Source: the human T2T-CHM13v2.0 reference genome, Homo sapiens. Taken from it: a DNA stretch of 64,000 nt. The notes under the pieces are model-generated. The model had not been told where the DNA came from, made no database searches, and worked only from the letters and a program-made list of their open reading frames with translations. The stretch lies in assembly GCF_009914755.1 (NCBI RefSeq), contig NC_060929.1, one strand, 5' to 3'. Shown one piece after another: positions 44,344 through 57,231 of this stretch (positions are counted from its first letter, which is position 1; the number at the start of each line of letters is the position of its first letter). The position numbers and the translations under genes were made by a program.

Positions 44344-44425
44344 GCCTGAGGGTAGGAGCTGGCCCAGTGCCCCTGATGACAGCAAGGCTCAGGCACACAG
44401 GATCCACATCGATCCTGAGATCCAG
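44344..44425 (+). CDS. PDLIM4: PDLIM4 exon 3
   Basis: CACAG|GCCTGAG ... PEGRSWPSAPDDSKAQAHRIHIDPEIQ ... CAG|GTATGT; 82 nt, restores phase 0. Confidence 0.96.
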
Positions 44426-46849
44426 GTATGTACAGACACTGCCTGGCCTGGCCTGGCTCAGAGTGAGCCCAGGGCAGAGGGGCCAGCATGCAGGTTCACC
44501 TGCACTGAATGTCCTCACTGGGGCTCTCAGATACCCAAGACAGAGACTGAAGCAGAAGTTTTCTCTGGACCACATCCATACCCCATCCCATGTTCCTCAG
44601 ATGATGAGCACCTGGTGTGGGCTCTGTCTCTACTCCGGGCAATCCTGGATTCTGGACCAAGGTGCCTATGATGTCCAGGATCTGGGCTAGGCCTTGGTTT
44701 GCGGCTATCACACAGCCAGCTGGAGTTCACTCTGGTGCTCAGTGATGCCAGACCAGAAAGAAGTCACTGTGCTTGCAGCGGGGGAGATTGGTGGCAGTCT
44801 CAGGCTGTGGAGTGACCTCAGGCTATGGGACACTCCTCTGAGTGCCCTATCCAAGCCTGAAGTTCTCTCCTGGCCATCCTGTGGTGCTTCTAGCAGAACT
44901 TAGGCTGCAGGCCTGTCTGCCCAGTCACCTTTCTGTGTGTGATAGAAGTCATATCTCTGGTCCTGTCCTCAAGAAGAGTGAGGGGGTCAGGCTATTCTAG
45001 GGCCTTGTTTTGCCATGGCATAAGGAGTAGCCAAGTGGGGATGACTGAGGTATCCAGAGCCATCTCTGGGCCACAGAGTTTGGGCAAGGAGACTGGGATG
45101 GTCTGTGATGGAGCCAGAACCATGGGACCCAGCATGTGGGACCATTGCCTCCTGGGCCTGCCTTTGTCCACCCTCTCAACATGAAAGAAAAGGGGCCAAG
45201 GCAGGGAGAGGCTTCACTGAACCAGAGGGAAGGATGTGCCCCAGCTTCTCCCTCACTATCTACCCCAATCCCATCTTGCTCTATTCCCTACCCTGCCTGG
45301 CTGGCATCCCTGGAGCCAGATGCTTACCACCTTCCAGGCAGTGCCCATTCTGGCAGGGGAAAGGCACTTAGAAGTTCTGGGCTAGGGGAAGCCAGGGGCC
45401 AAAGGAGCCCAGAGTAGTCACATGACTCAGACAAGGAGTCAAGGAGTGCTTCCTGGAGGAAGGGGTATTGAAGCCAAGACCTGAAGGGCTAGGAATGGTA
45501 AGGCAGGCAAAGGGGTATAGGGAGAGGAAGTGTGGCCCAGAGGTGAGGTCTTGCACCACAAGTTCAGAGAAAAGAAAGGTCCAGGGGAAGGGAGGACAAG
45601 ATGGAAGGAGTGAGAGGACAGAGGTGAGAGATGAGGTGGTGGAGCAGGGCCACAGAAAGGCTCTTGGGCTTCTCTATCCTGGACCTCAGCTGTTCTTACA
45701 GGGATTCATGGCCACATCTGTGTCTCAGAAACTTGCTCTGATGGCCCCATGGACCCCAGACCTTAGGGGTAGGGGTACATGTTGCCATAGACAAATGAGC
45801 CAGGTTTGCCACAGGCCAGGCAGAGGGGAGCAGCAGGGTGTGGGCCTCAAGCTCATGCATGAGGCCCAGCCTCCCTCAGAGGTAGCAGTGCCAGGATGAC
45901 GTGGTGGGGAGGGGGTTCAGTCTTCCAGGAGAGGCTCAGGGCCGGTGGGCCTGGGAGGCTGGCGACTGTAGAGCAGCTCCCCCTGCCCCCACACTTGTTC
46001 TCATTGACTCCCTTGAAGACCAGGCTGCCAGTGGCTCAGACTGGAGAAGGAGGGAGTTTCCACAAGCACCAGGGCAGCCCCTCAGCTGCTGCCCCACTTT
46101 TGTACTTAAAAGGTCATGGGCTCCATGGGTGGTGACAAAAACACCCCCACCCCACCCCTGCAGGGCTGAGTCCTTGCTAACACAGACACAGGGCCCATTG
46201 TCCCCATGCTGCTCCCACCCTCTGCCTGAGTGGGGGTGTTGGGGAGGGGGTGGAGCTAGCTGGAGCCATCGAGGAGGAGGAAACCACAGTTGGCCCTAGG
46301 ACCAGCACAAGGTGCCCTGGCACACATCCCCGAGTGGGATGGGACAGGGCCAGCTGGAACTTCAGGCCCACCTTCCCTGTGGGGCGATAGGAGAACCTCC
46401 TTCTCTCAGGCCTCTTGTGGGAACACAGGAGGCACTTGGCCTAGCCCAGGGTGGAGGAAGGATAGTAACTTATTACTATCCTTCTGGGTTAGTAGGGTTT
46501 TCTGGAAGGAGTGGCAATTATGCTCAGAACCAGGTGATGGGGAGAAGCAAGTCAGGTGGAGCAGGCAGTCCTTGCACACTCAGCCTGTCCTCCCCAGACC
46601 AGCAGAGAGCTAGAACTGAGCCTCTAGGAGATGGCACCTGCTCATCTGGACTCAGCGCCTGCCTCCATCCAAGTTGAGTGTCCCAAAGCAGGTAGTTACC
46701 CCCATCCTGCTGAAAAATCCACTGAGGCTTCAACAACCAAGTGGGCAGCAGGCTGGTTCTCAGAGCAGAGGAGCATATGGTACGAGGTGTACCACCCACA
46801 GAGGGGGAAAATACAGGACTGGGGGCCCAGGAATTCCCCTGACAGCCAT

Positions 46850-47010
46850 TCATCCAACAAGTATGTGCTTTATGCCAGGCACTATGCAATTGTCTTATTT
46901 CATCTCCACAAGGAACCTGATGTGGAAAGCATCACATTCCCCAGCTCATAGATAAAGAAACAGGTTCAGAGAGGTGAAGAGACTTGCCCAGTTAGGGGAT
47001 AACCCTGGGA
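46850..47010 (-). mobile_element. MIR fragment
   Basis: ATAGATAAAGAAACAGGTTCAGAGAGGTGAAGAGACTTGCCCA. Confidence 0.7.
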
Positions 47011-48794
47011 CTCAAACTAAAACTGAGGTAGCCATGTGTGTCCTAGCCACAGAGTTCAGGCCTAGAGAGGCAGCTGCATGGGTGACCGTGGGAGGGGCAG
47101 TGGCTCTGATGGCCCTGCAGTGGACCCCTGCACCCTGCTGGGTAGGGGTGAGTGAGGGCCTCCTTCCTCCCAGTCCCAGTCCCTCCAACTCCTCCCTCCC
47201 ACCAAAGCCTCTGCCCGGAGGCTGAGCCCCACCCCCACTGGCCACAGCCCATCTGGTCCCCATTAGAGGTCAGCCCTGCCTGCATGCTTGCCCGACAGAC
47301 ACACGTGTGAGAGCGCTCACGTTTCTCAGGGGCTTTTGTTGGGCCTGATGTGGATAGGGGTTTTCCTGTTGCTGCTGCATTGATGGGGGCCACCTGGGCA
47401 GCAAGACCCTCCTGTTTGTCTGTTGGGGTGGGGGAAATGGAGGGGGGCCCACCCAACTGCTGGTCTGCCTGTTCCCCAGGTTCCCACCCTACAAAAAGCA
47501 GGGGGTACTCAGGGCAGAACCCCACAGGCTCAACTATGCCTCAGAGCTTCCTAAGTCCAAACCAGGGTTCTTCCCACTACGATAGGCATCCTTTCCTGTC
47601 CACACTGGGCTCTCTGACCACACTGTAGAGCAGAGGAGGTTTACACGTCACTCCCAGGCTGAGGCTAAGACCTACCCCATGGCCTGGCCTCAGACATCAT
47701 CCTAAAATCAGGCTGCTCTGGCTACTAGCCCAGTCTCAGCTATGGAGGCCACTATGGCCATTCCCAGGGTGACCAGTGCTGGCTCCAAGTCTCTGTAACC
47801 ATGCGCATGTAGTTAGTTGTATGTAGGGAGATTGGTAGGTGCATATGTGTTGTCCTTATGTGTGTGTGTGTGTCTTTAAAGCATAATTGTGAGAGTGTGC
47901 ATGCCCCTGTTTACATTGCTGTGGGGTGCTTGTGTGCACTTGCAAGCTGGGAACTGCACAGCTCTGGACTCTGCAGGGACAAAGATCCCCAGTCCCCACT
48001 CAGACCCCCACACACAGAGATACTGCCCTCTCCTCATGGCTGAGGGGGCAGGTTCAGGACACTCCCACCCAAAATGTTTCAGCCATGGGCACCAGGCTGG
48101 CTGTGGGGTAGTGGGGCAGAGAGCCTTGAGCCCTAGCCTGGTCTCTGCCCCTCATCTGCTGTGCCTGCAGAAGGCTACTCATTGTGGCCTGGAAAGCAGG
48201 AAATGGGGGACAGGTGTAGGCCCAGAAGGGGCTGACCTCACAATGGCACTCTTGAGCCTCAGCCTGCCCAAAGGGCCTTGGACACATGACAGTCAAGGAC
48301 CCTTTCTGACTGTAGGACAGGAGTTACGTTTTTTGAGTTCCCAGCCATGGGCCTACCCAGTACCCACCACAGTTCAGGAAGGTGAGAAGGCTTGGCACCA
48401 GGGCCACCTCTGCCAGGAGGCCACATACTCTGCTGTAGCCACACAGACCTTAGGCTTCTTGGGATAGGCCTGCCCCAGTACTGTCCCTTCCTGAGTGGTG
48501 GTGGGCAGAACCACTGCAGGGCTCACAAGCCCAGGCTGAGTCTCAGCTGCCCAGGTTTTTGTGTCTGACTTTCCAAGGACGTTTCTCATTTCTGCAGGGG
48601 CATAACCAGTCCCCAGGCCCAGCCCTTCCCCAGAAATCCCTTCCCTGGCTGAGCACCACAGGCCAGAGATGCCGAAGCAGAGGAAGCCAACTGACATCCA
48701 CCACCTGGCACAGCACAGCAGGGTGGGGGTGGGGTGAACAAGGAATGGCTGGAGGCCAGAGGGTCTCCCAGTGCCTTAGGCCTCTCTCTAATAG

Positions 48795-48973
48795 GACGGC
48801 AGCCCAACAACCAGCAGGCGGCCCTCAGGCACCGGGACTGGGCCAGAAGATGGCAGACCAAGCCTGGGATCTCCATATGGACAACCCCCTCGCTTTCCAG
48901 TCCCTCACAATGGCAGCAGCGAGGCCACCCTGCCAGCCCAGATGAGCACCCTGCATGTGTCTCCACCCCCCAG
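48795..48973 (+). CDS. PDLIM4: PDLIM4 exon 4
   Basis: AATAG|GACGGC, DGSPTTSRRPSGTGTGPEDGRPSLGSPYGQPPRFPVPHNGSSEATLPAQMSTLHVSPPP, CAG|GTAGCA; 179 nt. Confidence 0.95.
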
Positions 48974-49182
48974 GTAGCACAGAGATGCCTTCGGTGCCAT
49001 GCCCAGAACCCATCTTAACCCTTGATCCCTCAAATCTCACCCAGTCCCACTCTGACCCCTGACACTTGATCCTTGGGTCTTAGCTGGTTGCATTCTGACT
49101 CATAAGCCTTACCAGACCCCAAGTCCACAGGGTGAAGGCTGGAACTGCATCCCTTCCTCCTCTATTTCTTTCTCCCTCCCAG

Positions 49183-49346
49183 CGCTGACCCAGCCAGAGG
49201 CCTCCCGCGGAGCCGGGACTGCAGAGTCGACCTGGGCTCCGAGGTGTACAGGATGCTGCGGGAGCCAGCCGAGCCCGTGGCCGCGGAGCCCAAGCAGTCA
49301 GGCTCCTTCCGCTACTTGCAGGGCATGCTAGAGGCCGGCGAGGGCG
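49183..49346 (+). CDS. PDLIM4: PDLIM4 exon 5, ZASP-like (ZM) motif region
   Basis: Long polypyrimidine tract + CCCAG|C; SEVYRMLRE...KQSGSFRYLQGMLE; GCG|GTAAGA; 164 nt. Confidence 0.97.
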
Positions 49347-49670
49347 GTAAGACGCCTGCCACCTGTCCCCATCTGCCTTCCCACTCCCTGCAGTGCCCAG
49401 GTTGCCCCCTAGCGACCCCACGTCCCGCCTCGCAGTCACCTGCCCTCTTCGGTCTCTGCGGCCCGGTCCCACGCCCTTGCTACAACCTTGCTACGCCCTG
49501 GCTTCCCGATTCCCTCTCCACCCCCTGTCGCTGCCCCTCACCCCACGCCCGCCAAACCCGTTCCCCAGTCTCGGGTGCCGATGGCCCGTCTGGCGCCCAA
49601 CCAAACACCCCGCAGAAATGGAGTTCTGACCTCCTCACCCCGTTCATGCCACCTACGCTCCGGGTTTCAG

Positions 49671-49788
49671 GGGATTGGCCCGGGCCTGGCGGCCCCCGGA
49701 ACCTCAAGCCCACGGCCAGCAAGCTGGGCGCTCCGCTGAGCGGCCTGCAGGGGCTGCCCGAGTGCACGCGCTGCGGCCACGGCATCGT
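49671..49788 (+). CDS. PDLIM4: PDLIM4 exon 6, start of LIM domain
   Basis: TTTCAG|GG; [38 protein letters not shown]; CGT|GTGAGT; 118 nt. Confidence 0.97.
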
Positions 49789-49904
49789 GTGAGTAACCGC
49801 CCCCGCTGCCCCTCCCGGACCCTAGCCTTCCAGGGCCCTGGATGCGGGCGCAGTCGTGAACCCATCAGTCACTCGACGCTGTCCTGTCTCGTTCCCCCCA
49901 TCAG

Positions 49905-50109
49905 GGGCACCATCGTCAAGGCACGGGACAAGCTCTACCATCCCGAGTGCTTCATGTGCAGTGACTGCGGCCTGAACCTCAAGCAGCGTGGTTACTTCTT
50001 TCTGGACGAGCGGCTCTACTGTGAGAGCCACGCCAAGGCGCGCGTGAAGCCGCCCGAGGGCTACGACGTGGTGGCGGTGTACCCCAATGCCAAGGTGGAA
50101 CTCGTCTGA
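49905..50109 (+). CDS. PDLIM4: PDLIM4 exon 7, LIM domain and C-terminus (ends VELV)
   Basis: CATCAG|G; [10 protein letters not shown]...YCESH LIM zinc ligands; TGA at 50107-50109; exon sum 993 nt = 330 aa + stop. Confidence 0.98.
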
Positions 50110-50185
50110 GCTGGGACCCTGCTCCCACGCCTGCTTCTTAAGGTCCCTGCTCGGCCGGTGTAAATATGTTTCACCCTGTCCCTCT

Positions 50186-50191
50186 AATAAA
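50186..50191 (+). terminator. PDLIM4: Proximal polyadenylation signal of PDLIM4
   Basis: AATAAA 77 nt after the stop codon. Confidence 0.8.
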
Positions 50192-50795
50192 GCTCCTCTG
50201 CTCCACCTTGAACCTGTCACCTGGCCTGCCACCCTCCTGCGCAGGCCATGCATGGCTCCCGAGTACAGTAGTATCTGCTTAGGTGCCAGGCATGTCCTAG
50301 GCTCTGGGTGCAGTAGTGAGCAGGACGGGTACCATGCTGCCCTGAAGGGGGCCACAGCCTGGGTGGAAGGCAGACCTGAATCACAACGGGCCAGCTCTAG
50401 TAATACGAAGGTGAGGTCTGGGATGCTGCGTGCGGCGCGACGACAGGAGGTATGACCTGGGTGGGGTCAGGGAAAGTCTTAGCTGAGAACTAAGAGATGA
50501 GGGAGGCACAAACTCTGCACGGGGGAACTGTGTGTGCAAAGGTGAGCTGGGGGCGAGAAAGGCCTCTGTGGCCGTCATCGGCACTAGCGGGTTGGGGGTG
50601 GTGGTGGGGTGCTGGCAGCCTCAGGAGCGATCGCTCCCCTGGAGAGGGTGATTGAGTGTGGAGATCACCGGGGCCGCCGCGGGCCGTCTGCACTTCTGTT
50701 CCAGGTTTTTCTGGCATTTTCTGTTCCAGGTTTCTTCCACCCACGAGCACTTTATTCTCCTCCGAGACCCCCTTTTCTTCCCCTTCCTCTCTCCC

Positions 50796-50809
50796 CCACC
50801 AGGGGGCGC
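50796..50809 (+). promoter_or_regulatory. CTCF core motif
   Basis: CCACCAGGGGGCGC, exact consensus core, in a CpG-retaining patch. Confidence 0.75.
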
Positions 50810-51149
50810 GCTTAAATTTCCAGACAGAGACCAGAAGGAAGGTTTAGAAAGAAAAGAACACTTGCCCAGGGCAGCTTTGCCCTCCAAGAGGCTCCCTCCT
50901 GTCTCTAAGTCAATTCCACCCCTCCTCGAAGTCCCGGCTTCCACCCCTCTCCTCAGAGTCCCGGCGTTTACCTCGTGGTGTGTTTGCCTTGGGCCTTTCA
51001 TGCCCCGGCTGCACACATCGTCTGTGAATTGTGGCTGTTCACTCCCGAGGATGTGTCCTAGACTCCGGGTCGCGTGGATCTACCCTCTAGTTTACTTGCT
51101 CGGGAGAAGAAACTGACTCGTTTTATTTAGTGCCTATTTAGCGAGCCCA

Positions 51150-51400
51150 GAGTAACGTACATTTGTGCTGTTTTCAATTTTGTGCTATCGCAAATCACAA
51201 AAAAACTGTTATCAATTCACATTCATCATCAGCACGAGACCCATTTCCTTGTGCTCCTGCCAGCTCAGGATATTATGTTTCTTTTTTCATTTTTGCCAGT
51301 CTGTTAAGTAAAATGTCATATGCGTTTGTTTTAATTTGCATTTCTCTGATTACCAGTGATGAACATTCAGTTTTTGAGCATTTATGGTGTGTTTGCTGGG
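51150..51400 (-). mobile_element. Old L1 3' fragment
   Basis: TTGTTTTAATTTGCATTTCTCTGATTACCAGTGATGAACAT. Confidence 0.7.
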
Positions 51401-53102
51401 TGCCTAGCACTAAGGGAACAGAGTGGTCCTCACTCTCAAAAGAGCAGTTCTTGTGTAAGTTACCCCAAACCCTTCATGATTTTTTTCCAAGGCTTATTTA
51501 ACTTCTTCTTAATGATTGGTAGGAACTTTTCCTAATTTTGTACGAATCTTTGTTACTGGATTCTGGTCATCTGATCTATTTCCCTGTTAATGTATAATTA
51601 CTACTGTGTTGGAGTTTAATAGCCAATCTCTCCTCCTTGTTGGTCATTTACAAACCTGTCAAAGCTATTCCTCTACATTTCCAGTTGTCAGAAGTTGAGA
51701 CTGCATGCCTCAGGCTCTGGAAAAGCAAACCTCTGAACTGTGACCAGGTTGCCCTGAATCTAGGGACTCACTTGGGAAGAACTGGCATTAGTCTTTTCCT
51801 CCAGAGAGGACTGTGATCTGCACTTCCTGTGCATTTATTCAGATGTTGTGTCTGTCTTCGCTTAAGTTTTTATTTTCCTTTCTTCTCATAGATCTTCTGT
51901 TCATGGTTAAATTTGTGCTAGAGATTCCCTCTTAAGGCTCCTTTTGCCTCCTCCCTTCCCTGAAGGAGCACAGTTCAGGGCAATGGGCAGGTGCTGATAG
52001 AGCAGTGAGGCAAGGTGGCGTCCTGGTCCTGCTGGTGACCCCAGATCATGTCTGGCCCTTGTCTCCTTTTGCTTCCCAAGGGGTCAGACTGTGTGCGTTG
52101 AGGCCCTGAGGGCGCCCCACCGTAGCGCTGCGCAGGTGTGCACGCACACACGCTCCCTGCAGCCACACCCAAATAGGGTGGGGTGGTGGAGGAGTCTGCC
52201 CTTGCCTGCCCACCCTGCCTCCGCTGACTTGGTCCCAGCCCCACCCAGTCATAGGTGGGAGAGGAGAGGATGACTGGCACCCAGGAAAGCAGGGAAGCAT
52301 TATTAAGCACAGGAGTGGGTGGAAAAATACCGGGAGCCATGGGCCCTGGCCCCCACCTCTCACTCCCACTCACCCGCAGAAACTCGACTCTCCCACTGGC
52401 CACCACAGATCCACTAGCCGCTGGTACTCACCTTAATCCCATGACATGCAATAACCCCTTCCCCCAACAGAAACTACCACCCAAGAGGCTCCCTGCCACC
52501 ATAGGCTACCCCGAGATCAACAGCTCCACCCCTTCAGGGTTGCAGCAACTACAGCAGCCCCTGCCTGGGCATCCTGGTTGGGGGTGGCTTGGAGGGCAGC
52601 TAAGGGGAGTGGCATTCAGAGCTGACAGCCTGATTTGTCCTTTCCCCAGCTTCAAGGCCCAGCCTCTACCCAGTCCCCCAGCCCACCTCGTCTGCCCAGG
52701 GGCCCTGAGTGTAGTAGACCATGAAAAGCTTGGGACAGGGTCCTCATAGGACAAGGTTTGTATGGCCCAGGGTGCCAGTACTGAGACAGGGGACATCAGA
52801 GTCTCTCTCCAGGAGGGGGAACCAGATCCAGGATCCCCAATTCACAGTGCTCCAGGCTCCAGCCTACCTGGCTAGAACCAACTTTCACTGTTGTCCCCAA
52901 ACCTGCTACATCCCTCGAACCCCAGGGCCCAGTTCCTTACCTCAGGGGCTTTCAGACCAAAGACATGGATATCATCCTCTACACCCTCATGCCAGCCATA
53001 ACATCCTACCCAGCACTGTGTCTAGGATTTTGCCTCCCAAGCATTTTTAGACCCATTTCAGGGCAGCTGAAGGAATCTCTCATTCCTTTGCTTCAACTCT
53101 TC

Positions 53103-53283
53103 CAGGGCCCTCAGGATGGAGTCCCTGGTCCTCCTCCTAACATTTAAAGTCTCCCTGACCTCAGGGCCCTCAGGATGGAGTTCCTGGTCCTCTGCCTAGC
53201 GTTTTAAAGCCTCTCTGACCTCGGGGCCCTCAGGATGGAGTCCCTGGTCCTCCCACTAGCATTTAAAGCCTCTCTGACCTCGG
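53103..53283. repeat. Minisatellite, 3 x 59-60 bp
   Basis: Unit CAGGGCCCTCAGGATGGAGTCCCTGGTCCTC...TTTAAAG.CTC.CTGACCT at 53103, 53162, 53222. Confidence 0.93.
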
Positions 53284-53799
53284 GCTGCTGACTACTTTGT
53301 CTCACCTCCTCTGCTACAGCAGACAGTCCAGTCCAGCATCCTCTGAGCTAGTCCACCTTTTCATAGCCCTCAGACCTCTGAAGCTCAAAATGCCTTTCTT
53401 CTTTTGTCATGGCTCAGCAAACTCCTACTCACTCTTCAAGGCCCAACTCTACTGCCCCCTCCCCTAGAGCAAAGCCTCGGCCCTGCCATCCCCAGGGAGA
53501 GTTAATAGTTTCCATCCACATGCCCTCCATCCCATCCCTTCCAGTTTTGCCTGGTGCCTCTGGCACAACCTGTTATCTCCTTGGTCAGACCCTGGCTCAG
53601 ATTTACCTCTGTCCTGCCCAGCCTCCACCCAGGCCAGGAACTGGGAGGTACAGGGGTCCTGGAGAAGCACCCACCCTCACTCAGGCACACAAGCACACAC
53701 ACCCACTCACACATACACTGGGCTTCCCTTCCTCCCACTACCTTTCACCTCACCTCCAAGCATCCTGCCTGAGTTCTCAGTGGGAGGTAAGTCTTGGAG

Positions 53800-54357
53800 C
53801 AGGGGTCTTCAATCCCCAGGCCATAGACCATGGCCTGCTAGAAATTGGGTTGCACAGCAGGAGGTGAGTGGCTTGCAAGCGAGTGAAGCTTCATCTGTAT
53901 TTACAGCCGCTCACTATTGCTTGCATTACCACCTGAGCTCCATCTCCTGTCAGATCAACAGTGGCATTAGATTCTCTAATTCTAGGATTCTAGGAGTAGG
54001 GATTCTAGGATTCTAGGATTCCAGGAGTATGAACCCTATTGTGAGCTGTGCAAGCAAGTGATCTAGGCTGTACATTCCTTATGAGAATCTAACGTCTGAT
54101 GATCTGTCACTGTCTCCCATCACCCCCAGATGGGACCATCTAGTTGCAGGAAAACAAGCTCAGGGCTTCCTTCACCATACATTATGGTGAGTCATGTAAT
54201 TATTTCATTATATATTACAATGTAATAATAATAGGAATAAAGTGCACAATAAGTGTAATGTGTTTGAATCATCCTGAAACCATCCCTGCCCTCCATCCAT
54301 GGAAAAGTTGTCTTTCACAAAACCAGTCCCTGGTGCCGAAAAGGTTGGGGACTGCTG
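53800..54357 (+). mobile_element. MER1A-like hAT-Charlie DNA transposon
   Basis: Termini CAGGGGTC...GGGGACTGCTG, 8-bp near-TSD TCTTGGAG/TCCTGGAG; internal (TTCTAGGA)n stutter at ~53979-54026. Confidence 0.88.
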
Positions 54358-54427
54358 TCCTGGAGGGCACCTGCTCCCTCCTGCATCCTCAACCTCAACT
54401 CACTCAGTCAACTAAATATTTATTAAA

Positions 54428-54726
<299 letters not shown>

Positions 54727-55109
54727 CTATTAAGAACCTTCTATATGCCAGGCATTGTGTTGCACCCTAGGAAAACATTTTGAACGAACATGTAAAATAA
54801 CTACAGGCTATAAGCAGTGCTATCAAGGAAATAAAGAAGGCATTACAGTAGAGCATAAGGGATTCTCTTCATATATGGAATCTGGAAAGGCCTCACAGAT
54901 AAGGTAACATTTGGGCAGAGAACTGAGGTGGTAAGATATCATCTGTGCAGGTATCTGGGGGGATTACATTCCAGGCAGAGGGCACAGGAAATCCTAAGGC
55001 CCTAGGCAAGCAGTGACTGAAGTAGTATAAGTGAGGTGGCTGGAAGTAGTAGATGAGGTCGTCAGAGAGATGTGAGGGAGACAAGGCTGTGTTGGCCCTT
55101 GTGAGCCAT

Positions 55110-55837
<728 letters not shown>

Positions 55838-57223
55838 GCCATGGTAAGGACTTTGACTTTTACTCTGAGATGAAAAGCCAGAGGAGCGGCATGACCTGGA
55901 ATTATGTTTTAACTAGGATCACATTGTCTGCTGTATGGAGAATAGGCCCTAAGGGGCAAAGGTAGACGCAGTAAAACCAGTTAGCAAGCATGACTGCGTT
56001 CATCCCTAACTAATTCCAAACTAGCCCACTCTCCCCAGTCCAGACGCCACTGTCTCATGCTGAACAGTGTAAGGGCCTCTGCCTTGTCTCCCTGTCTCCT
56101 GCCTGGCCCCTCCCTCAATCCTTTCTCTACATAACAGCTAAAGGAGGTTTTTCAAGTGCAATTCCCTGTCAATCTTGCCTATTATAGTTTCCATGGCTCC
56201 TCACTGCTCTTAGGACAGAGTCTAAATTCCAAATCCCAGCTCACAGGGCCACATGAGGTACACAGCCCCTGCTGGCCTCTGTGGACAACTTGTGCCTCTG
56301 TAACTCTCATTGTGCTTATCTGTAAGTTCAGCCCCATCAAACTCTCCTCAAGACTCTTGCAGGCTTCCTTGACCCTCCAAGGAGGTTGAAACACAAATGG
56401 AGTCCTTTCTGGTTCTCTGAGTGACAAGCTTTGTTATTTGATACTTTCCTCCTAGAGAACCAAAGAAAGGGGTGAAGGTAGGCGGAGCCCAGATGCAGCT
56501 TCAAGCCAGCCCTCCCTTCATGGCCAAGGACTCAGCCCCTCTAGGGGGTGTGCTAGCTTGGCCCTGGGCTCACAGCCCTTGAACTGCTGAGTTGGATGGG
56601 TGGGAGCAGTGTTGTGACTTGCACAACACCATGATGCCCAGAAGCCTGGGCTGTGGGCCCTGAGTCCCTCTGCCCCACCTGGGGAGTGCCCCACCTCCCC
56701 TCCACCTCTGGGTGCCCCTGTCCAGCTACGTGCACTCCAGTGCTATCCTGGACAACTCATTCTTACCCAACTTCTTGTCTTGCACCCCAGGCCGACCCCT
56801 GACTTGCTTTTCATGTAACTTCCTGGTTTATCATTTTCTCACAGAATAATCTGTCTTTCTAACAACATTCCCACAGCACCTCTGAATGGAGGTGGAACCT
56901 CTAAAAAGGTTTAAGGGTAGTGAAGAGGTTTCTCTAATAAGCAAGCACTGTCCTCCTGTGTCCCCTCTACCACAAGTGGGAAACTATTTGGGTCCCTACA
57001 GAAACCAAACCTCAACTTTGCTAGTGTCTGACATAGATCCATTTGTGGCTGGAATGCAGAGACTAGAAATCCCAGGAGAGACTGCTAGAGACCTCACTGG
57101 GTCCTGCAGGGTCTGGAGTCGGTCTCAGCCATGTGGGCTCAGAAACCGCATTAACCAGCCCTTAAGTGGGTCTGTCAGGCCCGGTGAGCCAAGCTCAGAG
57201 GCTGATGCACCACCCCCGACACC

Positions 57224-57231
57224 CACGCGCG

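Noticed and set aside
53103-53283. CRISPR-like appearance of the ~60-bp repeats
   Set aside because: Units are contiguous with no unique spacers, no cas genes, eukaryotic context
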